From positions 1,984,001 to 2,048,000 of the forward strand of contig OZ037835.1 of NCBI GenBank assembly GCA_964035575.1: a stretch of 64,000 nucleotides of DNA. Reading direction: 5' to 3'. Numbering within the stretch: the stretch's first letter is position 1; each line of letters begins with the position of its first letter. Made by a program: the position numbers and the translations under genes. Below the pieces are notes generated by a model, which saw only the letters and a list, made by a program, of their open reading frames with translations, ran no database searches and was not told where the DNA came from. This stretch comes from Rhynchopus sp. YZ270_cl-10. Its lineage: Eukaryota. Below, in pieces: positions 1-10,939 of the stretch.

Positions 1-1259
1 GATGAATGCCTCACACTGCTTCTTCCGTATGTTGAGACAACGCAGATGGGCTTTGGGATCCTGCTGAGTGAGTGTGTCCACGCAGACCACGTTGCGTGCA
101 CGGAGGTCCTCTTGCGGCATTGGAAGTCCGTCTGCAACAAAGTGGCGTTTGTCCCTCAGTCCATACACAGCGCGGCTCAGTCAGCGTATTCCTGTCCGGC
201 CGCCATGTGGTCAGACCCTGCAGTGTGTCGCGTCTTGATTGATGCAGGTGCAGACTTACATACAAAGAACAAGTGGCAACAGTCGCCTCTGCACTCTGCT
301 TGCGGTTCAGCAGCACTTGACGTTATGAAGATGTTGGTTGAAGCAGGTGCGAGCGTGCGTGCCACAGACAACCAAGGTTACACGTGTCTTTTCCATGCGG
401 CGTATAAAGGACACATCGAGATTGTGCGCTATCTTGTGGGCTTGCCAGACGTTGATGTGAATCACCAAGGGTTTGAGAACTTCACTGCGTTGCACTCTGC
501 GGTGTATGGGGAAGCAGAAGTGGTGCAGGTGCTGATTGATGCAGGTGCAGACATCGACACAAAGAACAACGAGGGAAATTCGCCTCTGCACTATGCTTGT
601 GAAGAAGGATCACTTGATGCTGTGAAGATGTTGGTCAGAGCAGGTGCGGGCGTGCGTGACACAAATCACGCATGTCTTGTCTTGGCAGTGTGTTATGGAT
701 GCATAGAGATTGTGCGCTATTTTGTGGGCTTGCCAGAGGTGGATGTGAATCACCGAGAGTCTTACCTCTCCACTGCGTTGCACTATTCTGTGAATAATAA
801 GCACACAGACGTGGTGCAGGTGCTGATTGATGCAGGTGCAGACATCGACACACAGGACAACAGGGGATATTCGTCCTTGCACTACGGATCTTAACTACGG
901 ATGTTCACCTCTGCACTCTGCTTGTAGATCAGGAGCACTTTACATTGTGAAGATGTTGGTCAGAGCAGGTGCGGGAGTGCGTGCCACAGACAATGATGGG
1001 TGCACGTGTCTTATCCGTGCGGCACGTTGTGGAAACACCGAGACTGTGCGCTATCTTGTGGGCTTGCCAGATGTGGAACTGAATCACCGTGACACTGCAA
1101 AGAACTACACTGCGTTGCAGTATGCGGTGGAGGAAAAGCACACAGACATCGTGCAGTTGCTGCTTGTACTTGCAGTTTGAACAGCAACAGCAACAACAGG
1201 CCGTGCTCCTGAGGCTCCTGGAGAAGGAGAAGCAACGCTCGCAGCAGCGGCAGCAGTGA
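1..1259 (+). pseudogene. Ankyrin-repeat family copy 1 (5' end outside window; frameshifted)
   Basis: Frame 1 from base 1 (DECLTLLLPYVETTQMGFG...) stops at 894 just after a junction ACTACGGAT-CTTA-ACTACGGAT. The final module continues in another frame, and an 8-bp deletion near 1165 shifts the polyQ tail out of frame. The family stop codon TGA is at 1257-1259. Confidence 0.85.
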
Positions 1260-1935
1260 CCGTGCTGCCCCCGCCTCCCCTCTGCCCGCTGCAGTGCACC
1301 CGCACACACCGCTCCCGAACACTCTGGTGATGGGCGTGTCCTCAGCCTCTACACCACAGTACGTAGCAAAGTCCCGGCTCTCTTAGGTCTTGTCTAAGAT
1401 GAGAACCGCCACTGATGTTCGGCCCGCCCTTTTGTTCGGCGGTACCTTTGTCATCTGTGGCGGTATCTTAACCCTAGGTAAGGGTCTGGTTCAGGTGGGT
1501 AGGGATCAGACCGATAAGAAGATGATTCTCGTGCTCCTCACCTCTCCCCCACACTACATGAGTACACTCGATGAGACATTTGGTCTGGGAGGGTTTGGGG
1601 TTTTCTTTGAGTTCAATTGTAGTATGTGCTCTGTCTGAGGAAGCGTTCCAACTTTTCAATCTCCCCCTCATTTTTTCGTTTACAATTCTTTCCTACGCCC
1701 CGTTTTTAGAATGAACAGAGTGTGTACCTTCCGATTTTGAGCTTGAAAAAGCAAAAAATGTTCCCCAGGCCGAAGTTCATCATGGCGAAGTGAAGGGAAA
1801 GTTACCTGAAGTTAAGTCGTGCCCAATAAAAGAACTGCCATCGACTTCTGATCCGTCATTATGTCGTCGGGACTTTGCTACCTACCGTAGTACAACCAGG
1901 TTTTCGAAAGAAGATGCAAAAAATGTAATCATTAT

Positions 1936-2140
1936 GAACAAGATAAAACAATAAGCTCGCGTTTGTTTTATCGAACAGATTTTATTCTCCGCCCCGTACC
2001 CAAAACGTAAACACCACTTTGAATCAGAAATAATATTTTCCTCTCCTTTTTTCTTCTCTTACACGCGCTGGCTTTTGTATCTCGCTAATTTTTATCAAAA
2101 AAGCTTTCTTTATACCCTAGTTTCGAGTGCGAAACCTTTG
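1936..2140 (+). repeat. ~200-bp interspersed repeat (also ~14196, ~44579, ~47340 partial, ~51341)
   Basis: Shared core GAACAAGATAAAACA...ATTCTCCGCCCCGTACCCAAAAC...GAATCAGAAA. Confidence 0.8.
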
Positions 2141-2330
2141 TCCATGTAGTAGTGCACCCGGTGTACTGTCACGAGCGGGCTGTTGTATTTAAAGTCAACT
2201 TTATTTTTGAGGAAACCAGACACATGGAATCCCTGTGTTGCATGTGTGTTCTTCGTCTTCTCTCGTCACCCACAACCTCTCACAAAAAGCAACCAACACA
2301 AAAGACACAGCAACAATACACAAACACACA

Positions 2331-4091
2331 ATGCCGAAGCGACACGCAGACAGCACGCAGGACGAGAACCCACGAAAGAGAAGACAGCTTTCCACATACG
2401 ACGCCTTCGTGGAGGCTGCCAGGAACGGCGACATCACTGCCGTGCGGGCGGTCCTTGAGAAGTACTTCACAGTAAGCAAAGCAGTGGCCTCCTCTTCATG
2501 CCGCGATGCTGCGCACGAGGCATGCAGAGGGAACCACGATGAATGCCTCACACTGCTTCTTCCGCATGTTGAGACAACGCAGATGGGCTTTGGGATCCTG
2601 CTGAGTGAGTGTGTCCACGCAGACCACGTTGCGTGCACGGAGGTCCTCTTGCGGCATTGGAAGTCTGTTTGCAACAAAGTGTCGTTTGTCAGGCACGAGT
2701 CCAAATACAGTGCAGATGCGGAGGATGACTGTCCGGCCATGTGGTCAGACCCTGCAGTGTGTCGCGTCTTGATTGATGCAGGGGCAGACGTAAATACAAG
2801 AAACAACTGCCAAGAGTCGCCTCTGCACTATGCTTGCAAAGAAGGAGCACTTGACGTTGTGAAGATGTTGGTTGAAGCAGGTGTGGGAGTACGTGACACA
2901 AATGACAAAGGATGGACGTGTCTCCACGTTGCGGCACGTTTTGCACACATCGAGACTGTTCGCTATCTTGTGGGCTTTCCAGAGGATGATTTGAACTTCG
3001 AAGACAGTGACAACCACACTGCGTTGCACTTAGCCGTGCGTGAGAAGCTCACAGACGTTGTGCAGGTGCTGATTGATGCAGGTGCAGACATCGATACGGT
3101 GAACAAAGACGGATGGGCGCCCCTGGACTCTGCTTGCGAATATGGAACACTTGACGTTGTGAAGATGTTGGTCGAAGCAGGTACGGGACTACGAGACACA
3201 ATTGACGAAGGAAGGACGTGTCTCCACATTGCGGCGTGTTTTGGACAAACCGAGACTGTTCGCTATCTTGTGGGATTGCCATTTGTTGATATGAATCACC
3301 GAGACGGGATCAACCGCACTGCGTTGGGTCTTGCCGTGGATGAAGAACACACAGACATTGTGCAGGTGCTGATGGATGCAGGTGCAGACATCGACACACA
3401 GAACAACGAGGGATGGTCGCCTCTGCACTCTGCTTGCGGTTCAGGAGCACTTGACGTTGTGAAGATGTTGGTCAGAGCAGGTGCGAAAGTGAGTGCCACA
3501 AATGACGAAGGAGAGACGTGTTTTAACCGTGCGGCACGTTGTGGACACACCGAGATTGTGCGCTATCTTGCGGGCTTGCCAGAGGTGGATGTGAATCACC
3601 GAGGGCCTGACAACCACACTGCGTTAGACGATGCTATTGTCAATGAGGAAACAGACGTTGTGCAGGTGCTGATTGATGCAGGTGCATACATCGACACACA
3701 GAACAACGAGGGACGTTCGCCTCTGCACGCTGCTTGCGAATATGGAACACTTGACATTGTGAAGATGTTGGTCAGAGCAGGTGCGGGAGTGCGTGTCACA
3801 GACAATGATGGGTGCACGTGTCTTATCCTTGCGGCACGTTGTGGACACACCGAGACTGTTCGCTATCTTGTGGGCTTGCCAGAGGTGGAACTGAATCACC
3901 GTGACACTGTTAAGAACTACACTGCGTTGCAGTATGCGGTGGAGGAAAATCACACAGACGTTGTGCAGTTGCTGATTGATGTATTGTACTTGCAGTTTGA
4001 ACAGCTACAACAACAACAACAGCAACAACAGGCCGTGCTCCTGAGGCTCCTGGAGAAGGAGAAGCAACGCTCGCAGCAACGTCAGCAGTGA
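2331..4091 (+). CDS. Ankyrin-repeat protein copy 2 (586 aa, 4 three-ANK modules, polyQ tail)
   Basis: ATG of the family start MPKRHADSTQDENPRKRRQ; repeated SPLH/TCL/TALH ankyrin motifs; ends LLEKEKQRSQQRQQ. Confidence 0.93.
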   Translation: MPKRHADSTQDENPRKRRQLSTYDAFVEAARNGDITAVRAVLEKYFTVSKAVASSSCRDAAHEACRGNHDECLTLLLPHVETTQMGFGILLSECVHADHVACTEVLLRHWKSVCNKVSFVRHESKYSADAEDDCPAMWSDPAVCRVLIDAGADVNTRNNCQESPLHYACKEGALDVVKMLVEAGVGVRDTNDKGWTCLHVAARFAHIETVRYLVGFPEDDLNFEDSDNHTALHLAVREKLTDVVQVLIDAGADIDTVNKDGWAPLDSACEYGTLDVVKMLVEAGTGLRDTIDEGRTCLHIAACFGQTETVRYLVGLPFVDMNHRDGINRTALGLAVDEEHTDIVQVLMDAGADIDTQNNEGWSPLHSACGSGALDVVKMLVRAGAKVSATNDEGETCFNRAARCGHTEIVRYLAGLPEVDVNHRGPDNHTALDDAIVNEETDVVQVLIDAGAYIDTQNNEGRSPLHAACEYGTLDIVKMLVRAGAGVRVTDNDGCTCLILAARCGHTETVRYLVGLPEVELNHRDTVKNYTALQYAVEENHTDVVQLLIDVLYLQFEQLQQQQQQQQAVLLRLLEKEKQRSQQRQQ

Positions 4092-5596
4092 CCGTGCTGC
4101 CGCCGCCTCCCCTCTGCCCGCTGCAGTGCACCCGCACACACCGCTCCCGAGCACTCTGGGTGGCGTGATGGCAGCCCACGACACACCTATGGCATGGCAG
4201 GTGCCGCACACACCACTCTATAGTGGTAGGTAAGGGGGAGGGAGGTGTGCAAAGTGGAAGTGGTGTGGTGATTGAGATCATACAGTGTGGAGCTCATCTT
4301 CGGGGGAGGGGGTCTTTTTTTTTTTTAACCAAAAGAAAACCGACGCAGGAGCTTTTCTTGGAACTGTTTTATTCTCCCTACCCTAACAACATCACATTTC
4401 AGAAAAACATTGTTTTTTCGTTTTTGTTCACTTTCTTTTCTTCTCCCTCACACCTGTTTGCTGTGAATTAAATTTTTTCGTTTTTTCCTGGTCGCATACT
4501 GCGAGTTTTCCTGGAAGCGCAGGAAAAATGACTGGGGAGTGTTGGTGGCTCCGTGACGCCACAGAGCCGGCACACTCGTTGAGTGCCTCACAAAACCTAA
4601 AAATTTATTCCGCTTTGATTTTATTTATTGTCTTCACGCTATATTGTTGTTGTTGGGTTGGGAAATAAAAGAAAAACGAGAAACGCTAATTGTATTTTTG
4701 GCCCCCCTCTGTGAGTATTGATTGAATTGGAGTCGGGGAGCACAATCAAAGGGCAATGAAAGGAAAACAATGAACATTAAACAAGCTAGAAAAGAGACAG
4801 TATATATTTCCGAACACACACACACACATTATTCAAATCATTCAATCCGAAAGAGCCCAATCATTTCGGTTTGTATTATTTCCTTACAAACCGTACGCGT
4901 ACCGCTTCGTATGTTTGTATACAAAATAATAATGTTATCGGGACTTTTTAAAAGAGGAGGGGGAAGAAAACAGCGTTTTATGAGTAGAATACAGTATTAG
5001 TTGGGAAGTCCAGGTACCGATAAACAAAAAGGGGATGCGTCCAATGAAAATCACGTCAGTAGAAGAGTTCAATAATGTAGCTTTTATTATATTCCTTCTT
5101 TTTTTTTTTCGGGGACATGACACTTGTGACATATCTTAGGAAATCTTTTAGTATACGCGAAGACGATTCTCGTGCTCCTCACTTCTCCCCCACACTATGT
5201 CAATACAACAGGTTAGACCGTTTGGTCTGGGAGGGTTTGGGGTTTTTCTTCTTATTTTTCTCTCAGTTCAATCTTGAACTATTTCGAGAGGATCTTTTAT
5301 ATTTTTTCAAAAAAATAAAAAATGAAAAAAAAAAAAAACTGTGTGATCTGGGTGAGGAAGCGTTCCAACTTTTCAATATCTCACCCATTTTTTCTATTCG
5401 CGATTTTGTCCCCACCCCGTTTTAGAATCAACAAAGTGTGTACATTAAGATTTTAGTCGAAACTTTCCCCAGAATTAGCGACCCCTGTACAAGATTACTG
5501 TCTTGCATGTGTGTTCTTCGTTCTTTCTCGTCACCCACAACCTCTGCTCAAAAAGAACCCAACACAAAAGACACAGCAACAATACACAAACACACG

Positions 5597-7051
5597 ATGC
5601 CGAAGCGACACGCAGACAGCACGCAGGACGAGAACCCACGAAAGAGAAGACAGCTTTCTGCAGACGAGGCCTTCGTGGAGGCTGCCAGGAACGGCGACAC
5701 GACTACCGTGCGGGCGTTCCTTGAAGAGGAGTTCAACCCAGACAGAAAGAAAGTGTCCTTCGATGCTGCACACGAGGCATGCAGAGGGAACCACGATGAA
5801 TGCCTCGCACTGCTTCTTCCGTATGTTGAGACAACGCAGATGGGCTTTGGGATCCTGCTGAGTGAGTGTGTCTACGCAGACCACGTTGCGTGCACGGAGG
5901 TCCTCTTGCAGCATTGGAAGTCTGTCTGCAACAACGTGGCGTTTGTCCCTCACAAGTCCAAACACAGCACAGGTCAGTCAGCGGGTGTCTTTCCGGCCAT
6001 GTGGTTAGACCCTGCAGTGTGTCGTGTCTTGATTGAGGCAGGGGCAGACGTAAATATCAAAGACAAGGAACGACTTTCACCTCTGCACTATGCATGCTGT
6101 AGAGCAGCACTTGACGTTGTGAAGATGTTGGTTGAAGCAGGTGCGGGAGTGTGTGCCACAGACGATATAGGGAACACGTGTCTTATCCGTGCCGCTCGTT
6201 GTGGACGCAACGAGACTGTGCGCTATCTTGTGGACTTGCCAGATGTTGATATGAATCACCAAGACAGTGATGACCGCACTGCGTTGCTCTTGGCAGTTGA
6301 GAATGAGTACACAAAGGTGGTGCAGGTGCTGATTGATGCAGGTGCAGACATCGACACACAGAACAGCAACGGGTTTTCACCTCTGCGCGCTGCTTGTGAA
6401 TCAGAAGAACTCGAAGTTGTGAAGACGTTTGTCAGAGCAGGTGTGGGAGTGGGTGCAACAAACGACGGAGGGGACACGTGTCTTATCACTGCGGCATGTA
6501 GTGGGCTCACCGAGACTGTGCGCTATCTTTTGTGCTTGCCAGAGGTGGATGTGAATCACCGCGGGGCTGACAACCAGACTGCGTTGCACTATGCTGTTCT
6601 TAAGAAGTACACAGACGTGGTGCAGGTGCTGATTGATGCAGGTGCAGACGTCGACACACAGAACAACGACGGATATACGCCTCTGCATTCTGCTTGCGAT
6701 TCAGGAACACTTGACGTTGTGAAGATGTTGGTCAATGCGGGTGCGGGAGTGCGTGTCACAGACAATGATGGATGCACGTGTCTTATCCTTGCGGCACGTT
6801 TTGGACACACCGAGACTGTGCGCTATCTTGTGGGCTTACCAGAGGTGGAACTGAATCACCGAGACACCGAAAAGAACTACACTGCGTTGCAGTATGCGGT
6901 GGGGCAAAAGCACACAGACGTTGCACAGGTGCTGCTTGATGTATTGTACTTGCAGTTTGAACAGCAACAGCAAGAGCAGCAACAACAACAGGCCGTGCTC
7001 CTGAGGCTCCTGGAGAAGGAGAAGCAACGCTCGCAGCAGCGGCAGCAGTGA
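5597..7051 (+). CDS. Ankyrin-repeat protein copy 3 (484 aa, 3 modules, polyQ tail)
   Basis: Open frame from the family ATG to the family stop; ankyrin motifs. Confidence 0.93.
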   Translation: MPKRHADSTQDENPRKRRQLSADEAFVEAARNGDTTTVRAFLEEEFNPDRKKVSFDAAHEACRGNHDECLALLLPYVETTQMGFGILLSECVYADHVACTEVLLQHWKSVCNNVAFVPHKSKHSTGQSAGVFPAMWLDPAVCRVLIEAGADVNIKDKERLSPLHYACCRAALDVVKMLVEAGAGVCATDDIGNTCLIRAARCGRNETVRYLVDLPDVDMNHQDSDDRTALLLAVENEYTKVVQVLIDAGADIDTQNSNGFSPLRAACESEELEVVKTFVRAGVGVGATNDGGDTCLITAACSGLTETVRYLLCLPEVDVNHRGADNQTALHYAVLKKYTDVVQVLIDAGADVDTQNNDGYTPLHSACDSGTLDVVKMLVNAGAGVRVTDNDGCTCLILAARFGHTETVRYLVGLPEVELNHRDTEKNYTALQYAVGQKHTDVAQVLLDVLYLQFEQQQQEQQQQQAVLLRLLEKEKQRSQQRQQ

Positions 7052-8002
7052 CCGTGCTGCCCCCGCCTCCCCTCTGCCCGCTGCAGTGCACCCGCACACA
7101 CCGCTCCCGAGCACTCTGGGTGGCGTGGTGGCAGCCCACGACACACCTATGGCATGGCAGGTGCCGGACACACCACTCTATAGTGGTAGGTAAGGGGGAG
7201 GGAGGTGTGCAAGGTGGAAGTGGTGTGGTGATTGAGATCATACAGTGTGGAGCTCATCTTCGGGGGAGGGGGTCTAAGATAATGATCGCGGGACTTTTTA
7301 AAAGAGGAGGGGGAAGAAAACAGCGTTTTATCAGTAGAATACTTGGGAACTCGAGGTGACCCTAACAGTATGTTTTTGTCATTGCTTTCTGCGCATTCCT
7401 GCAAAGAAGCCGTCGAAGATGCCGTCCACCAACAGACATGCATTTACACAGTTGTGTTTCAAAAGTGTTCAAATACATCCCCTTTGTGTGCTCTGGGGTG
7501 AGGAAGCGTTCCAACTCTTTAACCTCTCCCCCACCTTTTCCCGCGATTTTTACCCCCCCGGTTTTTTAGAATCAACAGAGAGTTACGTTGAGACCTCAAA
7601 TAGCCTTGCTTTGCACTCTCCTCAATTCTGTCTCAATCTCTGTTGCCTTTTAAACAGAAGTGGAGCCTTATGACTGACGTGAGCGCGGTTACTGGTGTGG
7701 GTGATGAGGTGTTGTGTTGAGGACACCTGTGCACTTGATGCTGTGCGATAACGGTGACCAAGCACGAGAGGCGTGAGGTTCATCTTATAGACTCTTCCTT
7801 CAGATGTTAACCACGAAATGGGTGTAGGACTGCATGGTTGGGTCCAGCCTGGTACACTGGCACGAGCGGGCTGTTGTATTTCAAGTCAACTTTCTTTTTG
7901 AGGATACAAAAAGATCACTGTCTTGCATGTGTGTTCTCTCGTCACCCAGATCCTCTGCACAAAAAGAAGGCAACAAACACAGCACAAATACACATACACA
8001 CA

Positions 8003-9433
8003 ATGCCGAAGCGACACGCAGACAGCACGCAGGACGAGAACCCACGAAAGAGAAGACAGCTTTCTGCAGACGAGGCCTTCGTGGAGGCTGCCAGGAACGG
8101 CGACACGACTGCCGTGCGGGCGTTCCTTGAGAAGTTCAACCCAGACAGAAAGAAAGTGGCCCTCGATGCTGCACACGAGACATGCAGAGGGAACCACGAT
8201 GAATGCCTCACACTGCTTCTCCCGCATGTTGAGACAACGCAGATGGGCTTTGGGATGCTGCTGAGTGAGTGTGTCCACGCAGACCACGTTGCGTGCACGG
8301 AGGTCCTCTTGCAGCATTGGAAGTCTGTCTGCAACAACGTGGCGTTTGTCAGGAACGATACCAAACACAACGCAGATCGGTCAGCGGGTCTCTGTCCGGC
8401 CATGTGGTCAGACCCTGCAGTGTGTCGTGTTTTGATTGATGCAGGGGCAGACTTACATACAAAAAACGAGTGGCAAGAGTCGCCTCTGCGCTATGCCTGC
8501 AAAGAAGGAGCACTTGACGTTGTGAAGATGTTGGTTGAAGCAGGTGCGAGAGTGCGTGACACAGGCAAAAACGATGGACTCACGTGTCTTTTCGATGCGG
8601 TGCGTAACGAATACATCGAGATTGTGCGCTATCTTTTGTGCTTGCCAGAGGTTGATGTGAATCACCAAGATGCGGAAGACTACACTCCGTTGCACGATGC
8701 GGCGGGGCACACAGTGGTGCAGGTGCTGATTGATGCAGGTGCAGACGTCGACACACAGAACGACGAGGGATGTTCGCCTCTGCACTCTGCTTGTGAATCA
8801 CGAGAACTTGACATTGTGAAGACGTTGGTCAGAGCAGGTGCGGGAGTGCGTGCCGCAAATGACAAAGGAGAGACGTGTCTTATCACTGCAGTGCATCATG
8901 GACGCATAGAGATTGTGCGCTATCTTGTGGGCTTGCCAGAGGTTGATGTGAATCACCGAGATGATGAGCTCAAGACTGCGTTGCACTATGCTGTTCTTGA
9001 GAAGTACACAGACGTTGTGCAGGTGCTGATTGATGCAGGTGCAGACATCGACACACAGAACAACGAGGGATATTCACCTCTGCACTCTGCTTGTAGATCA
9101 GGAGCACTTGACATTGTGAAGATGTTGGTCAGAGCAGGTGCGGGAGTGTGTGTCACAGACAATGATGGGTGCACGTGTCTTATCCTTGCGGCACGTTTTA
9201 GACACACCGAGACTGTGCGCTATCTTGTGGGCTTGCCAGAGGTGGATGTGAATCACCGAGACACCGAAAAGAACTACACTGCGTTGCAGTGTGCGGTGGA
9301 GGAAAAGCACACAGACATCGTGCAGTTGCTGCTTGATGTATTGTACTTGCAGTTTGAACAGCTACAACAACAGGCCGTGCTCCTGAGGCTCCTGGAGAAG
9401 GAGAAGCAACGCTCGCAGCAGCGGCAGCAGTGA
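8003..9433 (+). CDS. Ankyrin-repeat protein copy 4 (476 aa, 3 modules, short polyQ tail)
   Basis: Open frame from the family ATG to the family stop; ankyrin motifs. Confidence 0.93.
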   Translation: MPKRHADSTQDENPRKRRQLSADEAFVEAARNGDTTAVRAFLEKFNPDRKKVALDAAHETCRGNHDECLTLLLPHVETTQMGFGMLLSECVHADHVACTEVLLQHWKSVCNNVAFVRNDTKHNADRSAGLCPAMWSDPAVCRVLIDAGADLHTKNEWQESPLRYACKEGALDVVKMLVEAGARVRDTGKNDGLTCLFDAVRNEYIEIVRYLLCLPEVDVNHQDAEDYTPLHDAAGHTVVQVLIDAGADVDTQNDEGCSPLHSACESRELDIVKTLVRAGAGVRAANDKGETCLITAVHHGRIEIVRYLVGLPEVDVNHRDDELKTALHYAVLEKYTDVVQVLIDAGADIDTQNNEGYSPLHSACRSGALDIVKMLVRAGAGVCVTDNDGCTCLILAARFRHTETVRYLVGLPEVDVNHRDTEKNYTALQCAVEEKHTDIVQLLLDVLYLQFEQLQQQAVLLRLLEKEKQRSQQRQQ

Positions 9434-9829
9434 CCGTGCTGCCCCCGCCTCCCCTCTGCCCGCTGCAGTGCACCCGCACACACCGCTCCCGAGCACTCTG
9501 GGTGGCGTGGTGGCAGCCCACGACACACCTATGGCATGGCATGTGCCGCACACACCACTCTATAGTGGTAGGTAAGGGGGAGGGAGGTGTGCACGGTGGA
9601 AGTGGTGTGGTGATTGAGATCATACAGTGTGGAGCTCATCTTCGGGGGAGGGGTACAGGATAATGATAGCGAGACTTTTTAAAAGAGGAGGGGGAAGAAA
9701 ACAGCGTTTTATCAGTAGAATACAGTATTAGTTGGGAAGTCCAGGTACCGATAAACAAAAGGGGATGCGTCCAATGAAATCACGTCAGTAGAAGAGTTCA
9801 ATAATGTAGGCTTTATTATTGATATTATT

Positions 9830-10223
9830 CAAGACAGTGATGACCGCACTGCGTTGCTCTTGGCAGTTGAGAATGAGTACACAAAGGTGGTGCAGGTGCT
9901 GATTGATGCAGGTGCAGACATCGACACACAGAACAGCAACGGGTTTTCACCTCTGCGCGCTGCTTGTGTATCAGAAGAACTCGAAGTTGTGAAGACGTTT
10001 GTCAGAGCAGGTGTGGGAGTGGGTGCAACAAACGACGGAGGGGACACGTGTCTTATCACTGCGGCATGTAATGGGCTCACCAAGACTGTGCGCTATCTTT
10101 TGTGCTTGCCAGAGGTGGATGTGAATCACCGCGGGGCTGACAACCACACTGCGTTGCACTGTGCTGTTCTTAAGAAGTACACCGACGTGGTGCAGGTGCT
10201 GATTGATGCAGGTGCAGACGTCG
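9830..10223 (+). pseudogene. Internal ankyrin gene fragment, near-identical to 6260-6653 of copy 3
   Basis: Sequence match from CAAGACAGTGATGACCGC to GCAGACGTCG with a few substitutions; no family start or tail. Confidence 0.85.
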
Positions 10224-10751
10224 TAAGCTTTCATTTTCATGTAGCATGTGGTAGTATGTGGCATGTGGTGGTATTTCAACCAAATACAAAATGAACACTA
10301 CTCTTCTCTTTTTCGCGTGGAGATATTTTTCCACTATCTTTACAAATATCAAAACAACAGCAAAGACAAATGCTCAAGTGGCACCGCACTTTGATTCATA
10401 CACGCAACACTAAATGCACTTTCACCCTTTTTTTTCCGCTTTTATGTTTCACCAGGATTTGAGCGCACAAATAAAGACTCGATCTTTTCCCTTTACCAAT
10501 TGTGATATCAGGTGCTACCACGCACACGTGACGTCCTCTGTTTTTAGCAGCATTTAACCAGAGAGAAACGTTTCCCGTTCGTTAACCTGTGGAACAACAA
10601 CCAATCACATTGGGTGGCAGCATCAGAGGTTTTCCTTGCACTATAAATGATTTTGGTAACTATTGTCTTTTTTGTTACGCAACGAGAGTAGACTACTTCG
10701 TTTCTGTTGTTGTTGTTGTTGTTGTTTTTGTTGTATTTGTTTTTTTCAGTT

Positions 10752-10872
10752 TCCTTCCCACCCCCTCCCTGAAGCCCTTTCCTTTCCCCCTCTCCCCCAG
10801 TAGACCCAAAACCCTGTTTGTAGAATACGGCAACCCCCTCCACGTGTACATTTTTGTCATTGCGTTCTGCAT
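10752..10872 (+). promoter_or_regulatory. Conserved pyrimidine-rich upstream block shared by several ankyrin genes
   Basis: CCCACCCCCTCCCTGAAGCCCTTTCCTTTCCCCCTCTCCCCCAGTAGACCC...TTTTGTCATTGCGTTCTGCA also precedes copies 7, 9 (partly deleted), 11, 13 and 14, with orphan copies at ~26335 and ~26660. Confidence 0.5.
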
Positions 10873-10939
10873 ATTGCGTCAGAGAAGCCGTCCACGCACA
10901 AAAAGAAACAGCACAACAGCAACAATACACAAACACACA

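Noticed and set aside
10589..10939. N-terminal extensions of ankyrin ORFs upstream of MPKRH (also 2235, 5438, 7838, 23839, 31852, 38698) and of the cyclase (53515)
   Set aside because: They begin at non-ATG codons, are low-complexity and are not conserved between copies.
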